A DNA stretch of 63,949 nt, the filler included, from Collodictyon triciliatum (taxonomy: Eukaryota): the NCBI GenBank assembly GCA_043381765.1. It is 5 parts of 5 records of this genome, joined end to end, with 100 filler letters (N's around TTAATTAATTAA, not from the genome) between each part and the next. Parts side by side here need not be neighbours in the genome. Positions count along the whole stretch, not along the records: positions 23,015 to 40,106 come from JBHJMP010000485.1; positions 40,207 to 56,575 come from JBHJMP010000486.1; 3 more parts are not named here. The stretch is one strand, 5' to 3'. A model generated the notes under the pieces. It made no database searches. It had not been told where the DNA came from and worked only from the letters and a program-made list of their open reading frames with translations. The position numbers and the translations under genes were made by a program. Of the stretch, positions 30,609 to 47,503 are shown piece after piece (position 1 is the first letter of the stretch; the number at the start of each line of letters is the position of its first letter).

Positions 30609-31402
30609 TACACGCACGTTATAGTATGTATCCATCTTGGACATGGGACAATCGGCTTCCAAATTACAATGATGAATAATAAACAAAAAAACCAACAATG
30701 AATTATGGAAGAAGGAAAAAAAAAAAAAAAAAGAGACATATATACATGAATACAAGCGATTCTCCTCGCATATAGACCTTTCAGAGTAAAGCCGAGATAT
30801 TCGCTGGTGATGCCAACGTGGTGATGGAAGCGTGGGCGCGACTCGAATGGATGCGACACAAGCAGAGTCTCCGGCAGAGGCGCCTCCGGCATCGCACCCA
30901 CATCCACGCTCGAGTCGCCTGCGCCCAACAGGACCTGCGGGTACTCGTCAGAGCCCTTCTGCGCTGGCGGGGGCACCGAATCAAACAATCGGAGCAGCAG
31001 GTTTGGTCCCTGCAGCTGTGGCTGTGGTTGTGGTTGTGGTTGTGGCTGTGGTTGTAGCTCTTTCACAGCCTGCTCGATTGGGGCCGGGGTGGCTGCCACT
31101 GTGGCTGGCTCTGGCCTGCCGATGACCGGGTGTGGAGGGAAGAATCCGTGGTGGGGCGCTCCAAACGACACGGAGCTCTGTATGCCGAAGCCGAAGATGG
31201 CGCCCGGGTTGGGGTTGGTCGAATGCGTCCATCCTGGGGCTGCCCCGTACACCGGCTGTGGCTGTGGCTGTGGCTGTGGCTGTGGCTGTTCGATGTTTTC
31301 GGGCAGCGACCGCACCTGCTCCGGTGGTGTGTACTGCACGTGCGAATCGACAACCCCAGCCCTGTCCATGAATGGCGAGAACCCCTGTGACGGGAAATAC
31401 AT
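24522..31402 (-). CDS. EDC4: Enhancer of mRNA-decapping protein 4 (EDC4/Ge-1/VARICOSE), about 16 exons
   Basis: P/Q-rich N-terminus, then a WD40 propeller (EYLGFTLK, IHRGVVIDF, IAWHP, SSISFSCDG, TLKLTLW) and a coiled coil. The Ge-1 C-terminal domain reads YVEAFELALSLCDLDLL..IVMSLIQQLGFNVTSQTELKLEWLKEAL..EDP. Stop TAG is at 24522-24524. Confidence 0.85.
28190..28440 (-). repeat. Coding 72-bp tandem repeat (24-bp subunit) in an EDC4 exon
   Basis: About three copies of KEVGKDTTKEADKDAxKIASKDIx. Confidence 0.85.
30325..30606. repeat. (AAAG)n microsatellite, intronic, spans a gap
   Basis: Read directly. Confidence 0.95.
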
Positions 31403-31769
31403 GAGAGGAATGCGGGAGGAATGCAGGAGGAATGCGGGGCGTATCTTTTATGGTCTGCGAAATGATAGCTGGCTGAATCGGCTTACCGGGGTAGGTTTGG
31501 GTGCTGCGGCGACGGTTGAAGTGGCAGGAAATGAGGATGTGAGATTTAAAGAGTGAGTAAGGGGGTTTTTTTTTATTGTTGTTGTTGGTGTTGTTTTGTG
31601 AGGAAGGAATGTCGACATATATACTTGTGAGTAACTTGTGATTGGGTGAAGGAATCTTGGGCGAGAGAAGGAGGAGACGTGGAGAGAGGAGCGGCTTACT
31701 ATCGACTGGTTCCATTCGTCCTTTGTGGTGGTGGGTAACTCTTGTGCTTTGGTCCTTTGGTGCTTGCTT

Positions 31770-31908
31770 GTTTTTGTTTTTGTGTTGGTTTTTTTTGTTT
31801 TTGTTTTTGTTTTTTGTTTTTTGTTTTTGTTTTTGTTTTTGTTTTTGTTTTTGTTTTTGTTTTTGTTTTTGTTTTTGTTTTTGTTTTTGTTTTTGTTTTT
31901 GTTTTTGT
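31770..31908. repeat. (TTTTTG)n microsatellite
   Basis: Read directly. Confidence 0.93.
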
Positions 31909-32857
31909 TCTGAAGCGGATGGAGAAGCGGTAGCGTATTTGGAGGGCTGATCGGGCGATGGTCTAATGAGCCGGCACAGAGCCAGGCAGTCTGTCTTTGT
32001 GTCTGGTTTTCGTCTGTGAATCGTCTCTCCCTGGTTGCCTTGATGATTGCAACCGCTGCTTGTGATTTAGCGGATTCAGCGCCTTTGTCTCGGCTTCGGT
32101 GCTGCTGTCTGTGATGGCTGTTGATCGCGATAGGCGCGTTGCTGCTGATGTCATTAGGTGATTTGAATGTAACTCTAAATATGGAATATTCTTCCGAGTT
32201 TGTTCCAGCGCNNNNNNNNNNNNNNNNNNNNNNNNNNNNNNNNNNNNNNNNNNNNNNNNNNNNNNNNNNNNNNNNNNNNNNNNNNNNNNNNNNNNNNNNN
32301 NNNNNNNNNNNNNNNNNNNNNNNNNNNNNNNNNNNNNNNNNNNNNNNNNNNNNNNNNNNNNNNNNNNNNNNNNNNNNNNNNNNNNNNNNNNNNNNNNNNN
32401 NNNNNNNNNNNNNNNNNNNNNNNNNNNNNNNNNNNNNNNNNNNNNNNNNNNNNNNNNNNNNNNNNNNNNNNNNNNNNNNNNNNNNNNNNNNNNNNNNNNN
32501 NNNNNNNNNNNNNNNNNNNNNNNNNNNNNNNNNNNNNNNNNNNNNNNNNNNNNNNNNNNNNNNNNNNNNNNNNNNNNNNNNNNNNNNNNNNNNNNNNNNN
32601 NNNNNNNNNNNNNNNNNNNNNNNNNNNNNNNNNNNNNNNNNNNNNNNNNNNNNNNNNNNNNNNNNNNNNNNNNNNNNNNNNNNNNNNNNNNNNNNNNNNN
32701 NNNNNNNNNNNNNNNNNNNNNNNNNNNNNNNNNNNNNNNNNNNNNNNNNNNNNNNNNNNNNNNNNNNNNNNNNNNNNNNNNNNNNNNNNNNNNNNNNNNN
32801 NNNNNNNNNNNNNNNNNNNNNNNNNNNNNNNNNNNNNNNNNNNNNNNNNNNNNNNNA

Positions 32858-33399
32858 ACAACAAAAAAACAACAAAAAAACAACAAAAAAAAACAACAAA
32901 AAAACAACAAAAAAACAACAAAAAAACAACAAAAAAACAACAAAAAAACAACAAAAAAACAACAAAAAAACAACAAAAAAACAACAAAAAAACAACAAAA
33001 AAACAACAAAAAAACAACAAAAAAACAACAAAAAAACAACAAAAAAACAACAAAAAAACAACAAAAAAAACAACAAAAAAACAACAAAAAAACAACAAAA
33101 AACAACAAAAAAAACAACAAAAAAACAACAAAAAAACAACAAAAAAACAACAAAAAAACAACAAAAAAAACAACAAAAAAAAACAACAAAAAAAAACAAC
33201 AAAAAAAACAACAAAAAAAACAACAAAAAACAACAAAACAACAAAAACAACAACAAAACAACAACAAAACAACAACAAAACAACAACAAAACAACAACAA
33301 AACAACAACAAAACAACAACAAAACAACAACAAAACAACAACAAAACAACAACAAAACAACAAAAAAACAACAAAAAAACAACAAAAAAACAACAAAAA
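32858..33399. repeat. A/C-only low-complexity array, (CAACAAAAAAA)n and (CAACAACAAAA)n
   Basis: About 540 nt containing only A and C, immediately upstream of ATG 33400. Confidence 0.93.
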
Positions 33400-39320
<5,921 letters not shown>

Positions 39321-40308
39321 CCAGCTCATAGAATCTAACAAACGATGAGTACGACAGTCACGAATCACACCTTCGGCCATACATACATCACTTACAAAAT
39401 TTGCATCTTTTATGCAAATTAACCTACTCATGAATAATCAAATAAAAATATAAATATACCTGCGGATGTTGCCAACATTATCTGTTTGCCACGAAATGCC
39501 GACAAATCTAATGTCAAATCAGCTTCTTCTTTTCTTTTCTTTTCTTTTCTTTTATCATTTTATTCTTATTACTTTTTATATTCCTTTATTCGATTTAAGG
39601 GAGGTAGGTTTTGGTTATCATATGATAATTCTTGTCAGACAACAAAGTAATTAACTTCCCCACATATTCATATGTAATCTCATCCAGAGCCCCTGTACCA
39701 TAAATGATTTTTTTCCCTTTATTCGAACCTGTACCATAAATGGTAAAGACATCCACATGGTTTCCCTTTCAACCAGGTTGCACAGTACCTCACCTCGTCC
39801 GTGGTATAGATTGGGCGTTTTTAGCCCTTTAGCCCTTCTCATTCCGAATAGATTTCATGCTTCATTATATTATTTTATTTTCAATCTTGTTGTCATCACC
39901 GATACACAACGGTTCAATGCATCAAAATACTGCCATGCTCCAAAAAAAAAAGAAAAAAAAAGACAATTTGTAAGTATCGGCGACCTGTCGTAAAGAAAGG
40001 ATATTCAGTTGCCTCTTATGTTTTATGAATACAGGCAGTACGAGTAGCGTCCATGCAAACGATGGCTAGCGAACCAAAGCCAACAAACACCACCCCCCCC
40101 CCCCCCNNNNNNNNNNNNNNNNNNNNNNNNNNNNNNNNNNNNNNNNNNNNTTAATTAATTAANNNNNNNNNNNNNNNNNNNNNNNNNNNNNNNNNNNNNN
40201 NNNNNNATTGGTGCGTGATGAAAGAAGTTATGGATGAATATATTTGAATTTCATGTGTGGTTATCTCGCTTTCACGTTATGCACTAGATTGCATAGTATT
40301 GTGGCAAC

Positions 40309-41868
40309 CTGCATGGTAATCTTTCCAAAGGATTGGAAGTCTCTTTCCTTGATGGCCTTTTCCATCGCGAGCATTCGGGCAGGTACAACCTCGTTTGCCC
40401 GATGCTGTGGAATAGAGAAGAATATAAAAATGAAATGAATTGAATTGAATGAACATCATTATTACAACATCTAGATTGTATGATAAAGATAACGATAAGG
40501 AAATATAAATGAATTTAAAATTTTGATAAAGATAAAGTAAAGATGGCAATCACTAGAATACCATAATAAGGCTGCTTGTCTGAACAGTAGTCTCCATCCC
40601 GGTCGTACTGCTGGTGTCCTTTTTGTGGGAACTGACCTATCGTAGGTTGGAATGAATGATTCTTTGTGAGGAATGAAAGTGCAGATAGTAATCATTCCTT
40701 TCGCATTCAAAATAATTGCATGAATGTTAAAAATAATCACGCACAACTAGGATAAGGATAACAATCTCTGGCCAGTGGAGTTCATCAACGACCTATGAGT
40801 GAATTTGTTAATATATGTGTAAAGGAAGTATAAAAAAACCATAAATTGGCTGGTGGAGTGAAGCAATATGTGAGGAGTGTGAAATTACCTGGACGGCCTT
40901 GCTATCCAATCCTTCCTCTGTCTCTCCCTTGACCCACTTTACGAACCCTCCATACAAACTACGGCATGCGCTTCCAGAGCCCACTCTGCAATATTAATGA
41001 ATACAACTTAGTATTTCTAACCGAGGTTAAATATAATTCCAGCGTAGATGAATGTAAATTCTGGTATCATCGAACGAAATGAGGAATCGTTTATATGCTA
41101 ATACCTGGCTATTGTCGAGAGTTCCCCTTCGAAAGTCTCTTCAAATCCAACCGCCTTGGCCAGGGTGTAGACTATCGTTCATGATTTACATCATCAGTAC
41201 AATTATATCTTGGCGGTATTGACATGTAAGACCCAATATATATAAAGGAATCAGCTTGATGAAACTAGAAACAGACCCAGGCAAGCATAACCAGCTGCGG
41301 ACGAGGCGAGACCGGCCGCGGTGGGGAAGTTATTCACCGAGCATATGTGGAAATGAACGCGCTCCCAGTCGACTTTCCTTTCCTTGTCAGCCAAGGAAGC
41401 CCGCTGGCGGATTTCTCGTAGACAGTTTTGCAGGCGAGTGTTAAGCGGCTCTTCTCTACAATACATATTAATTTAGCCGTTTTCTTGTATGTTTTTTTTT
41501 ATTGCGTTAATGTGTAATTTTTTCACGTTAAGTTATTCTGTGGTTGATTATGTTTCTTTGTGCGTTATTTATTATGTGGAAAATAGAGAACAAAATCATT
41601 AAAGCCCCACGCGTGCCACTTGGCACGCCTAATGAAAAAAGACTGGTTCGGACTATAAACATCGACACTCGTACTTTCCGTTCAACCAAAGGCGATCCTT
41701 CTGAAACTCCACACGGGCAAGAACAGACGTTGTGGCACAAAGGTGATCTGTGTTGAGAGTTGCGCTGAGCGAATCGTTGATTGGCAGGATGCGCTTTTCA
41801 TCGCGCTTGCCCCAGTACTTGATGACAGCAATGTTGACAGGTGCTCGGCACGTCACGACAGACTCCAT
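40309..41868 (-). CDS. MVD: Diphosphomevalonate decarboxylase, 3' part lost in the contig linker
   Basis: Motifs [63 protein letters not shown] and [10 protein letters not shown]. Seven in-frame exons. Confidence 0.96.
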
Positions 41869-42896
41869 CTTTTCTTCTCTCAACTGTTATGATATGATAT
41901 TATTTGAATATAATATGGGCGAGGAAATAAAACATGGAGTGAGTGTGTATGTGAATGTGCGGAACGATGCAACAAAGACTGCAGACTTGTGGCCAGTCAC
42001 TCATGTGGGCTGCTGCTGAATCAGCAAGCAGACCCTCGTTGGTATGAGTTTTCTGGTGTAAACATAGAGTCGCCCTCATCAAGAAGGAAAAGATAAAGGA
42101 AAGAAAAGAAAAGAAAAGAAAAGAAAAGAGAAGAGAAAGGAAGAGAAAAGTGTCTGTCCCCTTTTGATGACTGTTCGAGTATCTTGCAGATGAGTCAGGC
42201 ACAATTATTCACTTGCTTCGCACTGGATTCTTCTCCGCACGTTGGCTGCTTCACACCTGCTTGCTGTGCCAGCGATCTCGGTCGAACCGCATAAAAGTTG
42301 TGCACGTAAATGAAACTGAACAAACCAAAACAGCCACGAGCAAACCACAGGCGATTTGTTTAAACATGCCATATATGTATTGTACTCTGCACTAAGCCTT
42401 TCTAATTTCAATGGATTTTCCTGTTATTGTATATAGATCTAATATGCATAAACGTGTATAGATCAAATAACCATATTTGGTCATGTGGGCACGGCTGAAT
42501 GGCCGAAAAAGGGATTTCGTCTCAGCTTCTGAAGCTGGGATTTTGGGATTGTATAATTCCCCATCCTTTGACATTTGTGATCACGGCAACCATCACGAAT
42601 CAACCTGCACTCAATCAGGCAGCCCCGATGTGATCGCAGTCAAGTTTGCAAAGAACAGGAATGGGACTGAGTGGCTTTCTCGTGCTGTGCTGCCATTGGC
42701 CTGGACAACCAGAGCAAAGCTCTTTTTCACAAGTGGCTGGTGCGAGCAAAAGTCGATCCAAATGCAATCTGGCTGCGTTGTTACTGAAAGTAAACTTCTA
42801 GCAGAATGCTGTCCGCTCGTTTCTCTGGACTTGCCTCCCTGGCCAGACAAGGCCTTCGTCTTAACACGTCCGCTTTTGTTCAAGTAGGTCATTAAG

Positions 42897-43173
42897 TTTT
42901 TCTTTTTCTTTTCTTTTATTTTCTTTTATTTTTATTTTCTTTTATTTTTATTTTCTTTTATTTTTATTTTCTTTTATTTTTATTTTCTTTTATTTTTATT
43001 TTCTTTTATTTTTATTATTTTTATTATTTTTATTTTTATTTTTATTTTTATTTTCTTTTATTTTTATTTTCTTTTATTTTTATTTTCTTTTATTTTTATT
43101 TTCTTTTATTTTTATTTTTATTTTTATTTTTATTTTTATTTTTATTTTTATTTTTATTTTTATTTTTATTTTT
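42897..43173. repeat. T-rich (TTTTCTTTTATTTTTA)n/(TTTTTA)n array in the MVD-FPPS intergenic region
   Basis: Read directly. Confidence 0.92.
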
Positions 43174-43362
43174 TGGTTGCCAATAAAAAAAACCCCCTCT
43201 ATTTTGAGTTAGATGGATGCGTTGCTGAAAGAACTCACTGTTATATATCATGTAGCCGAGGGTTGCCTTCAACACACAGTCCTTCTCTGCAAGCCCAGAA
43301 CAAAAGAAAGTGAGTATTTGTCTGTTTGACGGTCAAATTTCAACCGATTTTATTATTCCAGA

Positions 43363-45789
43363 ATGTGGTATGCCTCGTTTAGGGGGAATGTATCTCAAAA
43401 ATATTAAAGGCGCTCGTTCAACCTTTTTTTTTCCTTCGGCTGTTTCTTTTGAGTTGTACGGTTGGCTTTGTCTAAACTCAGCCATTTTACTTTATATTAT
43501 CCCCTTCTTTTTTCTTTTTTTTTTATTATCTGTCAAGGCTGCCACCCCACGAGAGAGATTCTTGAATGTCTTCCCTGTCCTGCGAAAGCTCACCATTGAT
43601 CATCTGAAAGCGCACAACATTCCTGAGCGCCAACAAAACTACGTTGGAACGGTAAGAAACCTGGAATGTATCACTAGTGTTTGCTGCGCTGACTCCCTTC
43701 CAGATTTTAATCTACCTTCACACCCATTTCTTGCCAATTAAATACGTAGATGTTGGACTACAACGCAGTTGGAGGTAACTTGCACTCAGATACACCTGTA
43801 TAAGCGATTATACTTTATCATAGCCTCGTTTATCCATTTTATACACATAGTTGAGTATTCTTCATTGTGTGGATCATGAAGGAAATTTATTTATTTGCTT
43901 CATATATCATAACACTGGTTGCTTTCTGAAGGAAAACTGAATCGCGGCATGACTGTGGCTAGCGCTTTCCAATCACTGCGCGGATCGAAACCTCTGACTG
44001 AGAAAGAAACTTTTCTGGCGGATGTTTGTGGCTGGTCAATCGAGTTCCTTCAGGCCTGCTATCTCGTCACCGATGATATCATGGACCACTCCATCACACG
44101 CCGTGGGCAACCTTGTTGGTATCGCCTAGAAAATGTTGGCCTTACATCTGATTACACCTATCGCCCTCGAAGATAAAAAAATTTTAATCTTAATTTTTTT
44201 TTGGATTACAATTTATTTGTTCTTTTCTTTTGTTTTGTATGGATTTGATGCACTGTAGTCATACTATTTACTCGCTGTAGGTCGGCATGGTGGCTATCAA
44301 TGATGGTCTCATCTTGGAGGGTTTGATCTATGAATTCATTAAAACTTACTTCCCAGACCCTGCTGTTCGACTGAAGCTGGTCGATCTTTTCCACGATGTG
44401 AGTCACTCTTATGAGATATATCTATATACGTACCGTTTTTGATCATTTGTGTGGGAGCATGTGTTATGGAGCGATCCATGCGCTTTTCAGTAACAACAAA
44501 TAAACTATAATTAACAACTCCTCTGCAGATAAGTTTGAAGACAGAGTATGGACAGTTGACTGACCTGACCACCCAAGTACTTGGTCAGCCGATTGATTGG
44601 ACCAGATACACAATGGACACGTAATACTTGAGATATTTCGTGTGTAAATTTGAACTTCTGTATACGTTGTTCTTTGTTTTGTTTATTATTATTATTATTC
44701 TTCCTTTCAATTTTGTGCATGTTGTTCTTAGTTCTTTGTTCTTTGTTCTTTGTTCTTTGTTCCTAGATTCCAGAATGGTTTACAACTGTAACACGTATCT
44801 CTAGTTACAAGACCATCGTCAAATACAAGACATCGTACTACACTATTTATCTCCCTGTTGCCTCTGCCATGATTCTCGCCGATGTGAAATCTCCCGAAGC
44901 CTTCCAAGTAGCGGAGAAGATTTGCCTGGCGATGGGCGAGTACTTCCAAGCCCAGGTTAGACAACTTGCACACCTCAGCGATGATTATATGTCTCTGTCT
45001 CTGTCTCTGTCTCTGTCTCTGTCTCTGTCTCTGTCTCTGTCTCTGTCTCTGTCTCTGTCTCTGTCTCTGTCTCTGTCTCTGTCTCTGTTTCTGTTTCTGT
45101 TTCTGTTTCTGTTTCTGTTTCTGTTTCTGTCTCTGCTATTGGGCTTTGTTAATATTCTACGAGTGCTTTTAATTGTACGATGACGCGGTTTTGATGGGAT
45201 GGATAGGACGATTTCCTTGACTGCTATGGAGACCCCGAGGTCATTGGAAAGATCGGCACTGACATTGAAGACGGCAAGTGCTGCTGGGTTGTGATTCAGG
45301 CTCTTTCGCGAGCCAGCGAGGACGAGAAGAAGCTTATTCAGGTCTGACAAACAAATGATGGTTATTAGTCGCTGCACAAGCCTAATCCGCCAAGAAACTC
45401 AATCCGATATTCACCAGAAACATTACGGCACAAACAACCCCGAGTCAGCCGCGCTCATCAAGAAGCTTTACGAGAAGCTGAACATCAAAAAGGTTCGCGC
45501 ACCGCCTTTTTTTTTTTTTTTTTTTTGGATTTTTTTTCTCTATTTACAAAATAGTATTCTTGTCAAAACACAAAAAGTTAAGTGCTGAATAAGGAGAAAA
45601 TATCAATGCGTGTACCTCCATCTCTGGTCGCTAATAAACGATCCGGTCGCTTGTGACTCAAACCAGGTTTACGAGGACTTTGAAAACACGTCGCACGCAG
45701 AAATCACCAAGCTGATCAACGAGCAAGACCTTGTCCCCAAGGCTGTCTTCACAGACCTCTTGGCAAAGATCTTCAAGCGCAGCAAATAA
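43363..45789 (+). CDS. FDPS: Farnesyl diphosphate synthase (trans-prenyltransferase); first exon uncertain, secure from 43538
   Basis: Motifs [58 protein letters not shown] and [30 protein letters not shown]. The C-terminus is KIFKRSK*. Confidence 0.95.
44991..45133. repeat. (GTCTCT)n/(GTTTCT)n intronic microsatellite
   Basis: Read directly. Confidence 0.95.
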
Positions 45790-46032
45790 GGCAGGAATGA
45801 GCCAGGCGCATGCACAGACTCGCGGCACGTATCAATAAACAACCACTATTGCCTCCATCACACAGCTGGGGAAATGAGACGGGGTAATAAGAGACGAGAC
45901 AGCGAGAGGCAGCTCCCTCAAGGACATTATGTCATGAAAGGGTTTGCAATGAATAGACAGCAACACAGAGGCCGAGCGAGTCGAGTCCGGTCAGTCAACA
46001 CGAAAGGAGAGGGAAGAACGAACTGAGAGAGT

Positions 46033-47503
46033 TTATTGGAGGAGTTCACGGCCGTGCTTCTTGGACAGCTTCTGGGCCTCCTTGACGGCCTTGCGCTGGG
46101 CAGCAGAGACGGCGGCGCGCTTCTTTGCGACGAACTCGGCCTTTCCGGCGGCACGCTCGGCCTGGACGAGGAGTGCGCGGCGGGTGACGGACTTCTGGTA
46201 GGGATTGAGGCGGATCATCTCTCGCAGGTTGCGGAGGGGGTTCTTCTTGTGGCGGTAGGTGAAGGCGGAGGGCTTGCGCTTTCTGCGGAGGGCCTTCTGG
46301 ACATCGTCCGAGTTGATGACGCGCTGGATGTCTGCGCTGGTGAGGACGGAGCGGGGCAGGTGGTAGCCGACCTTCTGGACCGCAGCCTTTGTGTATGTGC
46401 CAAAGACCTCGTCGAGCTTGAGGAAGGCGGACTTTGTCCAGATGATGAAGCGGCCGAGGTGGCCTCCAGGGGCGAGGCGCAGCAGGTTGAGGCGCGAGAC
46501 GTGGGCCAGCTCGACGCCGGGCAGGTTGCGGAAGGCGCGGGTCAGGCCGTTGTCCTCGGCGTAGACGACCAGGGGGCCGAGGCGCGAGACGTGGCGGCGG
46601 TTGCGCATCTTGCCCTTGCCTGCGCGCAGCTTGCGGGTGCGCTTGACGCGGTCGACATCGCGGCCGGCATGCAGCTTGGCCAGCAGCGCCACGGCCGCAG
46701 ACGTCTTGGTCAGGCCCTGCACGGCATCCTCCACGACCAGCGGGATCTCGGGGACCTTTGCGATCGAGTGTCCGCGCGCAAGCACCAGCGACGGCAGCGC
46801 AGAAGCCGCAAGAGCACTGCTCACGGCCAGGCGGCGCTGCGTCGTGTTGACCTTGCGGTGCCAGCGGCGCCAGATCTTGGTCGGCGCAAACATGCGGCCG
46901 CCTCGGCACATATTGCCGAATGCTCCCTGCCCGGATCGGCCCGTGCCGCCGCCGCCCACGCGCGGGATACGCGCAACAGCGCGCCCTGTGCCCCAGGACT
47001 CGGCTGACGTCTGGTGGCCTGCGCGCTTCGACACGGCGTATGGCTGGCGGTGGTTCTTGGCCAGGTTGGTGTGCACAAAGTGCACGACATCAGAGCGGAT
47101 CGGCGCGGTGAAGACGGCTGGCAGCGCGACGCTTCCGGTCGCCTTGCCGTGGAGCGAGAAGACTTGGACAAGAGGGCGGGCGCTCTGTGGGCCGTGCGCG
47201 AGAGGAAGAAAGTGTTTGTTAGTGGTCGTGGGGTGTGGAGGAGGATCGGTAAGGTCATGGGGTGGGGTCTGAGAAACTGGAGCGAAGGAGGAGAATTGGT
47301 GGGTGGGCTTGGCGGGTGCAATAGTATCTTGGCTCCCTTTCTGCTCTTTTGTTTGGCAGGAGGTTTTCGTGGTGAGGAGCATGGGGACGATTGGAGGGCG
47401 TAATTCGGCAGTTATGGTGGGCTTGCCTGGTGGAGGACGTGGGGTAGTAAGGGGGGTGATAGGATTGGAGATGGATAGAGAGGTTGAAGGAGGCGCTTAC
47501 CAT
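46033..47503 (-). CDS. RPL4: 60S ribosomal protein L4 (uL4); exon 1 contributes only the ATG (47501-47503), exon 2 is 47184-46033
   Basis: Motifs [22 protein letters not shown] and [34 protein letters not shown] and [10 protein letters not shown]. The intron is ATG|GTAAGC...CACTAAC...CACAG|. Confidence 0.98.

Noticed and set aside
39321..40106. Missing MVD C-terminal exons
   Set aside because: No DSNQFHA or AYTFDAGPN-like motif is seen, and this side belongs to another contig.
46036..47272. Long antisense and alternative-frame ORFs over RPL4
   Set aside because: These are an expected by-product of GC-rich codon bias and carry no recognisable motifs.
47185..47500. Intronic snoRNA in RPL4
   Set aside because: No C/D or H/ACA box arrangement or closing stem is visible.
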